The notes beneath the pieces were generated by a model. The model did no database searches. It saw nothing but the letters and a program-made list of their open reading frames with translations, and had not been told where the DNA came from. The translations under genes and the position numbers were made by a program. A stretch of DNA of 64,000 nt. Source: Endomicrobiales bacterium (GTDB lineage Bacteria; Elusimicrobiota; Endomicrobiia; Endomicrobiales; CAWCFT01). The stretch lies in assembly GCA_963794945.1 (NCBI GenBank), contig CAWCFT010000003.1, positions 1 to 64,000 of the forward strand, given 5' to 3'. Shown in pieces: positions 22,256-33,159 of this stretch (positions are counted from its first letter, which is position 1; each line of letters begins with the position of its first letter).

Positions 22256-22299
22256 AAAGAGCCCCGCCCTTCTTCAAACGAAGAGCGGGTTTCTTTTTT
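22256..22299 (+). terminator. Intrinsic terminator after pilin copy 2
   Basis: GC-rich stem (CCCGC...GCGGG) followed by TTTCTTTTTT. Confidence 0.75.
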
Positions 22300-22395
22300 A
22301 GTCTGCCGTGTTTATGGAAGCTTTATGGTAACGGCAGTCTCTGATCAACCAAACACAATAGTAAAAGAGCAGCTTCCACCCCCTCCTTTCTTTGC

Positions 22396-22424
22396 TTGAT
22401 AAGACAAACAGAACTTGCTATAAT
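22396..22424 (+). promoter_or_regulatory. Sigma70 promoter of parAB
   Basis: TTGATA, 17 bp, TATAAT, with TG extended -10. Confidence 0.7.
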
Positions 22425-22438
22425 CGGTACAGATTAAT

Positions 22439-23257
22439 ATGAGCAAAATACTAGCCGTAGCTAACCAGAAAGGCGGAGTCGGAAAAACAACGACCGCCAT
22501 AAACCTTGCAGCAAGCCTCGCGCACTTGGGCCAGGAAACTCTCCTCATAGACATGGATCCACAGGGCAACACAACGAGCGGACTGGGGATAGACAAGAAA
22601 AAACTCGAGAAAAATATATACAGGGTGCTGATAAACGAGATGATGCTCGAAGATGTCCTTATGACGACCGAGCTTGACTGGCTCGATATCGCCCCTGCGC
22701 ATACTGACCTGATCGGCGCTGAAGTTGAGCTCGTCAACATGGAAAAACGCGAGCTTAAGCTCAAAGAAGCGTTGGATAAATTCCATAAAGTTTACAAATA
22801 CATAATAATAGACTGCCCGCCGTCATTGGGGCTATTGACGCTTAACAGCCTGGTCGCGGCGCAATCAGTGATAATACCTATACAGTGCGAATACTATGCG
22901 CTTGAAGGGCTCGGACAGCTGCTAAAGACAATAGACCTCATAAGGAACGGTTTCAATCCCGAACTTCTTCTTGAGGGCGTCCTTCTGACAATGTATGACA
23001 GCCGTATGAACCTTTCACAGCAGGTAGTTGACGAAATCAAAAAATATTTCGGGGACAAGGTTTACGATACTAGAATACCAAGAACGGTTAGGCTTGCAGA
23101 AGCGCCCGGGTTCGGAAAGCCCGTGCTATTATACGATAAATCCTGCAAGGGCACCGAGGCGTACCTTAATTTTGCTAAAGAGTTCATGGCTCATCAGAAT
23201 GAAAAAGGAGCCCAGGCAGGCGTTATCCCGCCATGGCGGGAAAAACCCAAAGCCTAA
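22439..23257 (+). CDS. parA: Chromosome partitioning ATPase ParA/Soj
   Basis: NQKGGVGKTT deviant Walker A, DMDPQGN, IDCPPSLG, PIQCEYYALEG. Confidence 0.97.
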   Translation: MSKILAVANQKGGVGKTTTAINLAASLAHLGQETLLIDMDPQGNTTSGLGIDKKKLEKNIYRVLINEMMLEDVLMTTELDWLDIAPAHTDLIGAEVELVNMEKRELKLKEALDKFHKVYKYIIIDCPPSLGLLTLNSLVAAQSVIIPIQCEYYALEGLGQLLKTIDLIRNGFNPELLLEGVLLTMYDSRMNLSQQVVDEIKKYFGDKVYDTRIPRTVRLAEAPGFGKPVLLYDKSCKGTEAYLNFAKEFMAHQNEKGAQAGVIPPWREKPKA

Positions 23258-23336
23258 TTTAGAGATAAGTAAAGAGTAATTTATAAAAATGAGTTCACTT
23301 ACCCCTTTAACTGCACCACTATAAACAGGAGACAAT

Positions 23337-24206
23337 ATGCATAAGGCACTGGGCAGGGGATTAGAATCGCTTATCCCGCAGACATCACACCCCGGTCAAA
23401 AAGGGGATATGGTCATAACGATCCCTATCGATAGTATCAAACCAAACAGGTATCAGGCACGAAAGGATTTTAACCCGGAAAAACTCAAAGAGCTTTCGGA
23501 ATCCATCAAGCAGCACGGGCTCGCGCAGCCGCTTCTTGTGGCGCCGGCGGCTGTGCCTGGAGATTACGAGCTTATCGCCGGCGAACGCAGGTGGCGGGCC
23601 TCGAAGGCGGCTGGGCTTAAGGAAGTGCAGGTAATAGTCAAGCAGGCCGATGACAAGGAACGTTTCGAGCTCTCGCTTATAGAAAACATCCAGAGGGAAA
23701 ACCTTAACGCTATAGAAGAAGCTAAAGCCTATAAGAGGCTTTGCGAAGAATTTAACCATACACAGGAAGAGCTCGCGACGGCCCTGGGAAAGGACCGGTC
23801 AGTTCTAGCCAATATGATGAGGCTGCTCACCCTTCCAGAAGGCCTGCAGGACGCCATCTCGTCGGGTTTTGTATCCGCTGGGCACGGCAGGGCTATAGCC
23901 GGGATAGATGACGAAAAGAAACAGAAGTTCCTTCTTGAGAAAATACTTAAGGAAAAGCTCACGGTCAGGGACATAGAAGCGATAGTGGCCCAATGGAAAG
24001 CCGGTATAGCCCCCGGTTTGAAAACAAAAGTAAAAAAGCAGGAAGTTGAACTCGTAAATCTTGCCGAAGAGCTGCAGCGCCGGTTCGGAACAAAGATCAA
24101 GATCTCCGGCAAACCTTCTAAAGGCAAGATAGAGATACATTATTACTCGCTTAAGGAACTCGAGAGAATTTCGGAGATACTGAAAACGAAAAAACACAAG
24201 GAGTAG
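23337..24206 (+). CDS. parB: Chromosome partitioning protein ParB/Spo0J
   Basis: ALGRGLESLI, IAGERRWRA, ENIQRENL. Confidence 0.97.
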   Translation: MHKALGRGLESLIPQTSHPGQKGDMVITIPIDSIKPNRYQARKDFNPEKLKELSESIKQHGLAQPLLVAPAAVPGDYELIAGERRWRASKAAGLKEVQVIVKQADDKERFELSLIENIQRENLNAIEEAKAYKRLCEEFNHTQEELATALGKDRSVLANMMRLLTLPEGLQDAISSGFVSAGHGRAIAGIDDEKKQKFLLEKILKEKLTVRDIEAIVAQWKAGIAPGLKTKVKKQEVELVNLAEELQRRFGTKIKISGKPSKGKIEIHYYSLKELERISEILKTKKHKE

Positions 24207-24219
24207 AAAGACAGCGGTT

Positions 24220-25350
24220 ATGTCAAAAATATTTCTTTTCTCAGGTTTTGTGATGTTTATCGTGTGTGCCGCGCAGCCGTATTGTTTTGCAGGGCCGCAA
24301 ACATCAAATATGCAATACAGCGAGGCCGGACAAACGCCCAAAGACGCGTCGCTTGCCGGAGGCGGTCTTCAACATTCCCCTAATATTGCATCCCAGGAGA
24401 ACGGCGATTCTTGTCCTGTACCCGATCGCCCGCTGCCGGTATATCTTGCCGAGCTTTCTAACTTGAACGATTATTCGATCTTCGCAAACTCGGGCTGGGA
24501 CGGGAACTGGTACGTGGGTTTCAACGTTTGCTGGATGGAGGAAATACCCGCCCCGCCCGCCGGCAATTATGTTAGGGCATTCATAGGAGCAAAATTGGGC
24601 CGGATGAAAACGCGGCCGGTCACGGGGAAGCCGATCTGGGAAAAAGAACCCATACCAGGCAGCATATATATATCGCTAAATTCTACTCCGTCATGGAAAC
24701 AGGCTGACAGCTATTTCCTCACTGACAGCAGGGACATACCTCTTGAAGGCGACCCGGAGAACGCTCCGGAAGGCGTTGGCGAATCCCGGTGGTTCTGGAC
24801 AGAAGTGCCGGTGAGCATGGTTAGCATGACCGGCCCAAATTATATCGCGCTATGGTCGCCAACGGAATATTTTGTTTCAACAGCATCAAGCCCTATACTT
24901 GCCGGAGGCTGGGGCAGCAATAAAGTGAATTCCTGGCTTAACAACGATGTGAAAGGGTATCCGCCGCTTAACCCGGCGACTTCGCTCAAAACACCCATCA
25001 CCGCTTTTGAGCCCGCCATTGCTGTTAAGCTCATTCCCGCAGGGACACAGCAGGATATAATAGTCAAGATTCGGCAGATAGCTGACGGCAGGGCAAAGAC
25101 CCCTAACAAAACTTTTATTGCATCTGTCACTGGAGAAGAGATCGAAAAGGCCTGGCTGGAAGTTAACGATTCAACCGGCCCCTGGAAAAAGCACGGGCGT
25201 TATGTATATAATGTGCCTTTCTCTTTCACACTAAAACCCGACCTCCTTCCGGAAGGGAAAATGAAAGTGAGAGTGCCCGCTTCCGATATATGGGGCAACA
25301 CGGGTTTTAGCATGCCGGCAGAGATCGCAGTCGAGAAACAGAAGAAATGA
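24220..25350 (+). CDS. Exported protein of unknown function
   Basis: 376-aa ORF with a signal-peptide-like N-terminus and a Trp/Pro-rich, beta-type body; in line with parAB. Confidence 0.75.
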   Translation: MSKIFLFSGFVMFIVCAAQPYCFAGPQTSNMQYSEAGQTPKDASLAGGGLQHSPNIASQENGDSCPVPDRPLPVYLAELSNLNDYSIFANSGWDGNWYVGFNVCWMEEIPAPPAGNYVRAFIGAKLGRMKTRPVTGKPIWEKEPIPGSIYISLNSTPSWKQADSYFLTDSRDIPLEGDPENAPEGVGESRWFWTEVPVSMVSMTGPNYIALWSPTEYFVSTASSPILAGGWGSNKVNSWLNNDVKGYPPLNPATSLKTPITAFEPAIAVKLIPAGTQQDIIVKIRQIADGRAKTPNKTFIASVTGEEIEKAWLEVNDSTGPWKKHGRYVYNVPFSFTLKPDLLPEGKMKVRVPASDIWGNTGFSMPAEIAVEKQKK

Positions 25351-25359
25351 GCCTCGAAA

Positions 25360-27157
25360 ATGGGCCCAAAATCCGCGCCAAACACTGAAACCAACTACAA
25401 ACATGAATTGCTAGATAATATCGTCGTATCCGCACCTTTTCTCATATTCTGCGCATTTTTGTTCTTAGCTCCCATTATACCTGATGTAAAACTCACCAGA
25501 CCGAAACTTTTTCTGACCAAGACATGCCTCTACGGGATACTTTTCCTTTTGGCGGCCGGAAGTTTATATTTCGGCAGGCTGAAGTTCAGAAAATCCCTCT
25601 TTAATATTCCCATATTAACTTACGCGGCGTCGGTCGCTGTGTTCTATATTTTTTCACCCGACAAACCAGTGGCCTTAAGCGAGCTGAAGCGAAGCCTGCT
25701 CTCCCTTACGGCGTACCTTGCAGCGGCTAATGTTTTAGATACCATAAAGAAACGCGATACTGCCCTTGGTTTCCTCCTTAGCGGCAGTTCGATCGCCATT
25801 CTTTACGGTATCATGCAGCGTTACGGCGGATTGTGGCGGATACAGGTGCCCCAGTTCGGGAGAGTAATATCAACCTTCGGCAACCCGATATTTTTTGCTG
25901 CGTATGCGGTGATAGTACTGCCCATGGCACTGGGAATGTTTTTCTACTCAAAAAACTTTTTCTCGAAGCTGCTGCTTTGCTGTTTCCTGACTGCCGGACT
26001 AATTGCAGTATATTTTACCCAAACAAGAGCCGCTTTTATCGCTATCGGAGTTTCCGCCGCAGTTTTTATAATACTTTCAATAAAGTCCGCAATAAAAAAA
26101 GGTACATTTATCGCGGCACTGATATTGGCCCTAGCGGTTTTTACTTTTGCCACAAAAAATATATGGTCAAGACAGCAGGCTCATACCCTGATATGGCGTG
26201 ACACCTTGACCATGTGGGCGCAACAGCCGTTCTTTGGAACCGGGCCCGGCACTTTCCATATATATTTTCCTCAGTACGCTTCCAAGGAACTGAGGGCGAT
26301 ATGGCCGCAGGAACAAAGCATAATAAACGATGCTCATAATGAGTATATACAGTATCTTGCTGAAACGGGGATAGTCGGCTTTGGTATATTTTTGTGGATG
26401 ATAATAGCCTTGTTCAAGAACGCCGCGGCTCTCAGAATAAAATCTACGGGGCAGTCAGAAAATTATCTTATTTCAGGTTTTATAGCAAGTGCAGCGGGAA
26501 TACTGGCCCAAAATATGTTCTCTGTTGATATGCGGTTTATCATCTCATCCGTTTACCTGTTCATTACGGCAGGTTTCATTGAGAGCTTTGGAGACAATTT
26601 TTACTTAAAAGAGAACCTTGCAAAGCCGTTGCGGGTTGTCGGGGTTGTAGCCTGCGCCGTGCTGGCCGTTTTAACGTTCCAGAAAGTACTTGAGCCATAT
26701 GCTGCGCAAAGAAAAGTCGCGGCAACGCCGGATTTTTTCGACGAGAAAATTCTTGAGCCAGCAAAGACCCTTGCCGACCTTGAGGCACTCGCGGCGAAAT
26801 ACCCGGGTCAGGCTTCTATATTTGAAAAACTTGGCTGGCTCTATTCCAAGGAGAAGGATTGGCCGCACGCGGTAGAAAATTTTGTGAGGTCGTCGCAGAC
26901 TTGACCCGCACAGGGCGGGACCACTTAATAACCTGGGCAATATATATTTTCTTCTGGGTGACAGGACGAACGCCATAAAATACTGGAACCGCTCGCTGGA
27001 AGTAAATCCTGCACAGGTAGACAGCCGCTTGAACCTTGCGCTGGCATATTATTACAAGGGCATGCTTAAAGAAGCATCCGATCAATTGAAAGAAGTGCTA
27101 AAGATCGACCCGCATAACGACAAGGCGATCGTGATGCTAAAACAAATGACAGAGTGA
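25360..27157 (+). CDS. O-antigen ligase (Wzy_C) family membrane protein with C-terminal TPRs (frameshift near 26900)
   Basis: STFGNP, TQTRAAF, PFFGTGPGTF and AHNEY motifs. TPRs continue in another frame (NNLGNIYF...KAIVMLKQMTE*, stop 27155-27157). Confidence 0.85.
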
Positions 27158-27215
27158 AGATCTGGAATAACTTTCGGAAGATACAGAGTTTCTGTTAAGC
27201 AAAAAAGAATGTTTT

Positions 27216-27680
27216 ATGAGAAGAAAAGATAAAGAAATAACTGATATAAGCGAGATAGAGCAAATATTGTCCAATGCGCAAGTGATCAGGCTTGGGCTTT
27301 GCGAAGACGGTTTTCCGTATGTCGTGCCGTTATGTTTCGGTTACATAAGGGGCAGGTTATATTTTCACGGAGCAAAAGAAGGTAGAAAACTGAATATACT
27401 TAAGTCAAACCCGAATATTTGTTTCGAGGCTGACATCGATTGCGAAATTGTCAGGTTTGATAAACCGTGCAATTGGGGGATGAGGTTTCGTTCAGTTATA
27501 GGGTTTGGAAAAGCATATAACGTCTTGGACAGGAAAGAAAAAATAGAGGCATTAAACCTTATAATGAAACATTATGGGCCGGGCTCTTGTGAGTTTCCTG
27601 CAAATATGCTTGAAAGAACTGAAGTCATAAGGATTGAGATAGAGAGTCTGTCGGCAAAGATATCGGGTTACGGTAAGTGA
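27216..27680 (+). CDS. Pyridoxamine 5'-phosphate oxidase-like flavin-binding protein (NimA family)
   Basis: MRRKDKEI, PYVVPL, YFHGAKEGRK, FRSVIGFG. Confidence 0.9.
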   Translation: MRRKDKEITDISEIEQILSNAQVIRLGLCEDGFPYVVPLCFGYIRGRLYFHGAKEGRKLNILKSNPNICFEADIDCEIVRFDKPCNWGMRFRSVIGFGKAYNVLDRKEKIEALNLIMKHYGPGSCEFPANMLERTEVIRIEIESLSAKISGYGK

Positions 27681-27741
27681 AAACAATGCTGATAGATTGA
27701 TGCTAATATAGAAACAGAATTCGAGTCGAGAAGAGTGTAAA

Positions 27742-28176
27742 ATGAAAAAAAGTGAAATAGCGCTTCAGTTATTGAAAGACGGGTACAACTGCGCCCAGGC
27801 AGTCAGCACGGCGTTCAGCGAAGATCTCGGGGTTCATAAGGAAACTACCGCGAGAATGGCGTGCGCGCTGGGGGCGGGTATGTCTCGCTGCGGCGAGGTT
27901 TGCGGAGCGGTTTCCGGGGCGCTTATGATCACTGGGCTCAAACATGGGAGTTCAAAGCCCGAAGACAAGATAGCAAAAGAAAAGTCTTACAAAACAGGAA
28001 AAGAATTTATAAAAATGTTTGAAACGAAGCACGGAACCATTATATGCCGCAAGCTGATAGAAATGGATATCAGTACTCCGGAGGGCCTAGAAGCCGCTCA
28101 CAAGAAAGGCGTCTTCGAAAATATATGTAAAGGCCTGGTAAAAGATGCAGTTGAGATAATCGAGAAAATTATTTAA
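27742..28176 (+). CDS. C_GCAxxG_C_C family putative redox protein
   Basis: YNCAQAV, CGAVSG, IICRKL and a C-terminal Cys. Confidence 0.9.
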   Translation: MKKSEIALQLLKDGYNCAQAVSTAFSEDLGVHKETTARMACALGAGMSRCGEVCGAVSGALMITGLKHGSSKPEDKIAKEKSYKTGKEFIKMFETKHGTIICRKLIEMDISTPEGLEAAHKKGVFENICKGLVKDAVEIIEKII

Positions 28177-28412
28177 CCAGCATGCCCACTGGTTGGTGAT
28201 AAATGCTCAGAATCGATATTTCATTATTATAATTTTAAAAATCTTATCAAAAGTCATTAAAAGATAAAAAACAGTTATTAAACGGTAAAATATAGCAGTG
28301 GGATTGTTAAATAAACCAAGTGGGACGAAATTGTGGCAATTCATAACATGAAACATGAAAAATAGGTTTACAGAAAAATCAATAAATGTCCATATTTTGC
28401 AAGTAAAATATG

Positions 28413-28440
28413 TTGACATTTGTTAATAATTTGGTATAAT
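28413..28440 (+). promoter_or_regulatory. Sigma70 promoter of the chemosensory operon
   Basis: TTGACA, 16 bp, TATAAT with TG extended -10; AT-rich upstream region. Confidence 0.7.
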
Positions 28441-28697
28441 TTGTTTAATTGATGTAGCTATGGCGGGTTACTATATAATAATGCACAAACATCATAACAG
28501 TTTGTTGTCCGGTTTCGCGAACATTGCCTTCTATGTCCCGCATATATTTTCCGGGGTTGTTGGGTATTTAAAGGTACTGAAAATGTGGCGGCAGAAACAC
28601 TTTCCCGTGCGTAACACCGCAAACCAATTAAATACTGTTAGATTGTCGCCTACCAGAACAATTAATTCCGCAAATTATTCTTCACGGAGGCCAATAT

Positions 28698-29174
28698 ATG
28701 CCGACTATTTCGAACAATAACCAACAGCTTGTTGTATTTAGTCTGGCGAATGAAGAATACGGTGTTGCGATAACCCAGATCCAGGAGATAATACGCCAGC
28801 CGGATATAACAAGGATACCCGGCATGCCGGCCTTTATCGAGGGCGTGGTCAATTTGCGTGGAAAAATCATTCCAGTTATAGATCTAAGAAAAAGATTTTG
28901 CTTAGAACAAAAAGAAGAGAGTGACAAGACGCGCGTGGTGGTCGCGGATGCTGGCGGGCAAACCATAGGACTTGTTGTCGACAGCGTTTCGGAAGTTGTT
29001 AATCTGCCAACAGACCAGATAGACCCGATACCGCCATCTATAGCTTCGATAGATGCAGAATATCTGTCGGGTGTAGGCAAACTGGAAAAACGGATCGTTA
29101 TACTTCTTGACCTAGTGAAACTGCTTGGTGACCTAGAGAAAGTTGCGATAGATGAACTGGGAAAAAAACAGTGA
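28698..29174 (+). CDS. cheW: Chemotaxis adaptor CheW
   Basis: QLVVFSL..EEYG, GVVNLRGKIIPVIDL, GLVVDSVSEV. Confidence 0.97.
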   Translation: MPTISNNNQQLVVFSLANEEYGVAITQIQEIIRQPDITRIPGMPAFIEGVVNLRGKIIPVIDLRKRFCLEQKEESDKTRVVVADAGGQTIGLVVDSVSEVVNLPTDQIDPIPPSIASIDAEYLSGVGKLEKRIVILLDLVKLLGDLEKVAIDELGKKQ

Positions 29175-29214
29175 GACTGATAAAGTAATTTTTCGTAGTG
29201 TTTGAGAGTAAAAT

Positions 29215-30138
29215 ATGAGAATTTCGTTCGTTAGAATTTCTACAATAATCTTAAGCTGCATGATTTTCGGCTGTGTTGGCGCTTTTGCCGAAGGAAAAAA
29301 CATATCTATCATTCTTTCTTCTGATTTCGAACCATTTATTCAGTCAGCTAATGGGTTCAAACAATCAGTTGGAGAGAAGAATCTGGGCGTGAACATTACG
29401 GAGTCTAATTTGAAGGCAGCTGACCCTGCAGCAGTAACTTCGCAGGTTGCACAAACAAAACCTGTGATTATTTATGCTGTTGGAACCGATGCGATAAAAC
29501 TCGCAAAAGCTAAATTTAATGATACTCAAATCGTTTTTAGCATGGTACTAAACCCGGCGGAATTCATTGATGCCAATACAACCGGTGTTTCCTTGGCCCT
29601 GCCTCCGGAGCTGAAGATAAGGAACATGAAGAAGATATTGCCGTTCATAAAAAACATAGGCATAATTTATTCGGCAGGTTCCGACCCAGATTACAAAGAG
29701 CTGTCAGCGGAAGCTGACAACCAGGGTCTGAAAATAATCGGAAAAAAGATAAGCACCGATAGCGATTTTCCAGATGCCTTAGCAGCTCTCATCGGCCAGA
29801 TGGACTGTTTCATGATGGTCGCGGATTCGAAAGTGTATTTCAGCCAGTCAGTTAAATACCTTCTTCTTGACAGTTTAAAAAATAAGTTTCCGGTTATAGG
29901 GCTTTCTTCTTTTTATACAAAAGCGGGCGCACTTTTGTCTTTTGATTGCGACTATGAAGATATCGGTAAACAAGCTGGAGATATTGCGGTCAAAATTTTG
30001 AATGGCGAAAAGGCTGCGGAAATTAAAGCTCTGCGGCCACGCAAAATTAAATACAGCATAAATAGTATCGTTGCAGACAGAATGCAGATAAATATATCTG
30101 CTCAAGCCAAGAAAGACGCGTCAGAAATATTCAATTGA
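29215..30138 (+). CDS. Periplasmic solute-binding protein (ABC_sub_bind-like), copy 1
   Basis: Signal peptide; IVFSMV, TGVSL, IGIIYS, PVIGLSSFYTKAGAL, DIGKQAG. Confidence 0.85.
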   Translation: MRISFVRISTIILSCMIFGCVGAFAEGKNISIILSSDFEPFIQSANGFKQSVGEKNLGVNITESNLKAADPAAVTSQVAQTKPVIIYAVGTDAIKLAKAKFNDTQIVFSMVLNPAEFIDANTTGVSLALPPELKIRNMKKILPFIKNIGIIYSAGSDPDYKELSAEADNQGLKIIGKKISTDSDFPDALAALIGQMDCFMMVADSKVYFSQSVKYLLLDSLKNKFPVIGLSSFYTKAGALLSFDCDYEDIGKQAGDIAVKILNGEKAAEIKALRPRKIKYSINSIVADRMQINISAQAKKDASEIFN

Positions 30139-30217
30139 TGTTTTTGTAGGTTTGTTGTAAAATTCAGTCATTGTTTTAGAGGCTCAATGACAAAACACTG
30201 AAATATCGGAGTTCCTA

Positions 30218-31135
30218 ATGAGAACAAGTCGACAAGTATTTATCCTATCTATTTTTCTATTTTTTTTCAGCTTATGCCATGCCAAAGATGCGGTAGTGTC
30301 GGTGCTTCTTTCGTCTGATATGGAATTTTACAAAGAAGTATCAGGTGGTTTCAAAATGTTCTTTGCCGATAAGGGCACTCAAATACATATATCTGAATAC
30401 AGCCTGAAAGGCCAGGATCCGGCAGCTATTTTTCCTAAAATAACTGCTGAAAAACCAGATCTTCTGTTGACTGTCGGCGAAGACGCCTTAAAAGCGGCAA
30501 AAGAACAAACAAAAGGCATACCGATAGTATTCACAATGGTCTTTAACTCAAAACCGATGATGGATGAAAATACAACTGGTATACTTCTGGATATTTCACC
30601 GGAAATGAAGATTTCGGGAATAAAAAAGGTTTTACCGCATGCGAAAACTATAGGGTTGCTCTATTCGCCCAACAGTGTAGGCTCCTTTGAGGCCATGAAG
30701 GCCGAATGTGATAATCGTGGGATCGGGCTTAACGCTAAAATAGTTAATGATGATGCAGGGTTTACCGATGCATTGAACTCGGTGTTTTCCGGCAGTGACT
30801 GCTTTCTGGTTATTCTCGACCCTAAAATCTACTTCAGCCAGACACTTAAGTTCCTTCTTCTTGAGAGTATAAAACAGAAAGTACCGGTCATAGGGCTTTC
30901 ATCGTTCTATACCAAAGCCGGCGCAATAGCCTCGTTCGATTGCGATTACAAAGACCTTGGCAAACAGGCCGGTGAGATCGCTTCAAGGATACTCAGTGGT
31001 GAAAAAGCATCAATGATAAAGCCAGCTCACCCAAGAAAATATAAATATTCCGTGAATTTAATAACCGCGGACAAGATCGGGATCACAATACCTCCCGATA
31101 TCATCAAAGAAGCTACAGATGTATTTGATAAATAA
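30218..31135 (+). CDS. Periplasmic solute-binding protein (ABC_sub_bind-like), copy 2
   Basis: Paralog of 29215-30138 (shared YFSQ, PVIGLSSFYTKAGA, FDCDY, GKQAG). Confidence 0.85.
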   Translation: MRTSRQVFILSIFLFFFSLCHAKDAVVSVLLSSDMEFYKEVSGGFKMFFADKGTQIHISEYSLKGQDPAAIFPKITAEKPDLLLTVGEDALKAAKEQTKGIPIVFTMVFNSKPMMDENTTGILLDISPEMKISGIKKVLPHAKTIGLLYSPNSVGSFEAMKAECDNRGIGLNAKIVNDDAGFTDALNSVFSGSDCFLVILDPKIYFSQTLKFLLLESIKQKVPVIGLSSFYTKAGAIASFDCDYKDLGKQAGEIASRILSGEKASMIKPAHPRKYKYSVNLITADKIGITIPPDIIKEATDVFDK

Positions 31136-31161
31136 TCTATTTCCTGAAACGGAGGACAAAC

Positions 31162-33127
31162 ATGTTCTTGTTTTCATCGGGTAAATCGAGCATCAAGAAG
31201 CGGATAATCGCGAATTTTCTTGCGATTATGTTTTTTGCCATGCTTCTTATTGTCCTTATTACCGTTTCAAAAGTGCGCAGTATTTTGAACTCTGTCCAGC
31301 TTGATAACGCAAAAATCGTCACGACAAATCTTGCGATAGCGTGTAGCGAACCAATGATGTCAATAGCATACGCTGACCCCATGATGTCCGGTGAGAGCGA
31401 TAGGCTTACGAAGATCCTGCTGGGAGTCAAAAGCTCGGACAAGAATGTAGAGTATGTAATCCTTCTGGGCAATGACGGGAAATGCATAGCTTCTTCAAAG
31501 GAAGAACTTAAAGACAAATCCCTCAATAAGACCAATATAGAAATCAAAGCTTTCGCAGCGAAAGAATTCGAGGTCAACGAAAACACGGGGCAGCCGGATG
31601 TTTTTGAAACGGCGATCCCGGTTGTTGCTGCAAGCCAGAAGATGGGTGTTTTAAGGATCGGCTATACCACCAAGTACATCTCGGCCATGGCAAGAAATAT
31701 GGCGTTGATCATAGTTCTTGTTGTTATTGTCATCGTTGCTGCTGGAAGTATAATTTATAACTATATGATAGAAAAGGGTATTATAGAGCCGCTTGGCCAG
31801 GTCATGGTGGTCGCGCAAATGATAGCGGATGGCAACCTCTCGCAGAAACAGGTGCGAATAACCTCTAATGATGAGATTGGACGACTGGCCGATATATTCA
31901 ACAAAATGCTCGCGGGTCTGGGCGAGCTTGTTACGCGCGCTGAACTCATAGCTAACGGCATGATCGGTTCTGACACCATAGAAGAAAAGCTAGAAAAAGG
32001 CATAACTCTGTCGGATGCACTAGCTTCTTCTGCTCAGTCAAAAGGCGATCTTGCCGTAGCCTTTGATAAGATGCAAGGTGAACTGAGAAAACTTACAATA
32101 CAGGCTAGAAGGATATCAACTGACGATTTGAACAATCCGCTTCTTGAAGAAAGGATCGCAGGTGAACTTGGCGAAGCTTTTAATCAGATGACGTTCAATC
32201 TAAAAGAGCTGGCAAAAATAGCGGAACAAATATCCAACAACGACCTGAGCGCGAACGTGATGATCCATTCCGACAAAGACGTGCTCGGTAAAGCATTTTT
32301 TAAGATGGTAAGTAACCTTAAGAACCTTATAGGTGTTGTTGTGCAGCTTGCCAACACATCGCACAATTCAGCGAGTTCAATGGCCGAGTCAACAAAGCAG
32401 GTTAACCAGACGATGGACCAGGTACAGAACTCAATTCAGCAGATAGCCTCAGCAACGAACCAGGTCGCGAAGAGCACGCAGGAAATATCGGTGCTTATGC
32501 GCAATGCGAACAACGCAGTTAACACGGGAAGCGACAACATCAATAAAGTTATTGACAAATTCGGTTCCGTTCAGAACCACTATAGAGAATACTGGAATGT
32601 CGATAAACAAGCTTGAGCAGCGTTCTCAGGAGATATCTGAGATAGTGGGGCTTATAACTAAAATAGCCGACCAAACCAATCTCCTGGCCCTAAATGCAGC
32701 GATCGAGGCAGCTCGTGCCGGAGAGGCCGGTAGAGGCTTTGCGGTCGTCGCAGATGAAGTACGCAAGCTTGCCGAGTCTTCGGGCAACTCTGCGGAAAAA
32801 ATATCAAAAATAATAAAAGAGATACAATCGGACATGGTAGGCGTGGTTTCATCTTCCCAAAATTCGCTCGAAGAAGCCAAGATCGTTTTTGAGCTGACAA
32901 ACAACATGCAGGCCGGATATTCCGACATTGTGGAAGCGATAAAGGCGATGAACCAGCAGGTGGAGCAGATTGCCGCCATATCAGAAGAAACAGCGGCCTC
33001 AGCGGAAGAAATAACGGCCGGCGCGCAGGAACAAACGTTTGCAGTGACCGAGATCGCAGGTAATTCGAAAACTCTGGTTGACCAGGTTAATATGCTAAAG
33101 AACGAAGTAAACAAATTCAAACTTTGA
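31162..33127 (+). CDS. Methyl-accepting chemotaxis protein (frameshift near 32578)
   Basis: TM-periplasmic domain-TM, several HAMPs ([30 protein letters not shown]) and hairpin tip [38 protein letters not shown]. Confidence 0.95.
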
Positions 33128-33159
33128 TGTATCGCAGGAACTATAATTAACGGAAATAA

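Noticed and set aside
22300..24220. parS site or replication origin near parAB
   Set aside because: No GTTTCACGTGGAAC-like palindrome or DnaA-box cluster was seen by eye
28460..28720. 86-aa ORF upstream of cheW
   Set aside because: No clear RBS or recognisable motif, and it overlaps the cheW start; not supported as a CDS
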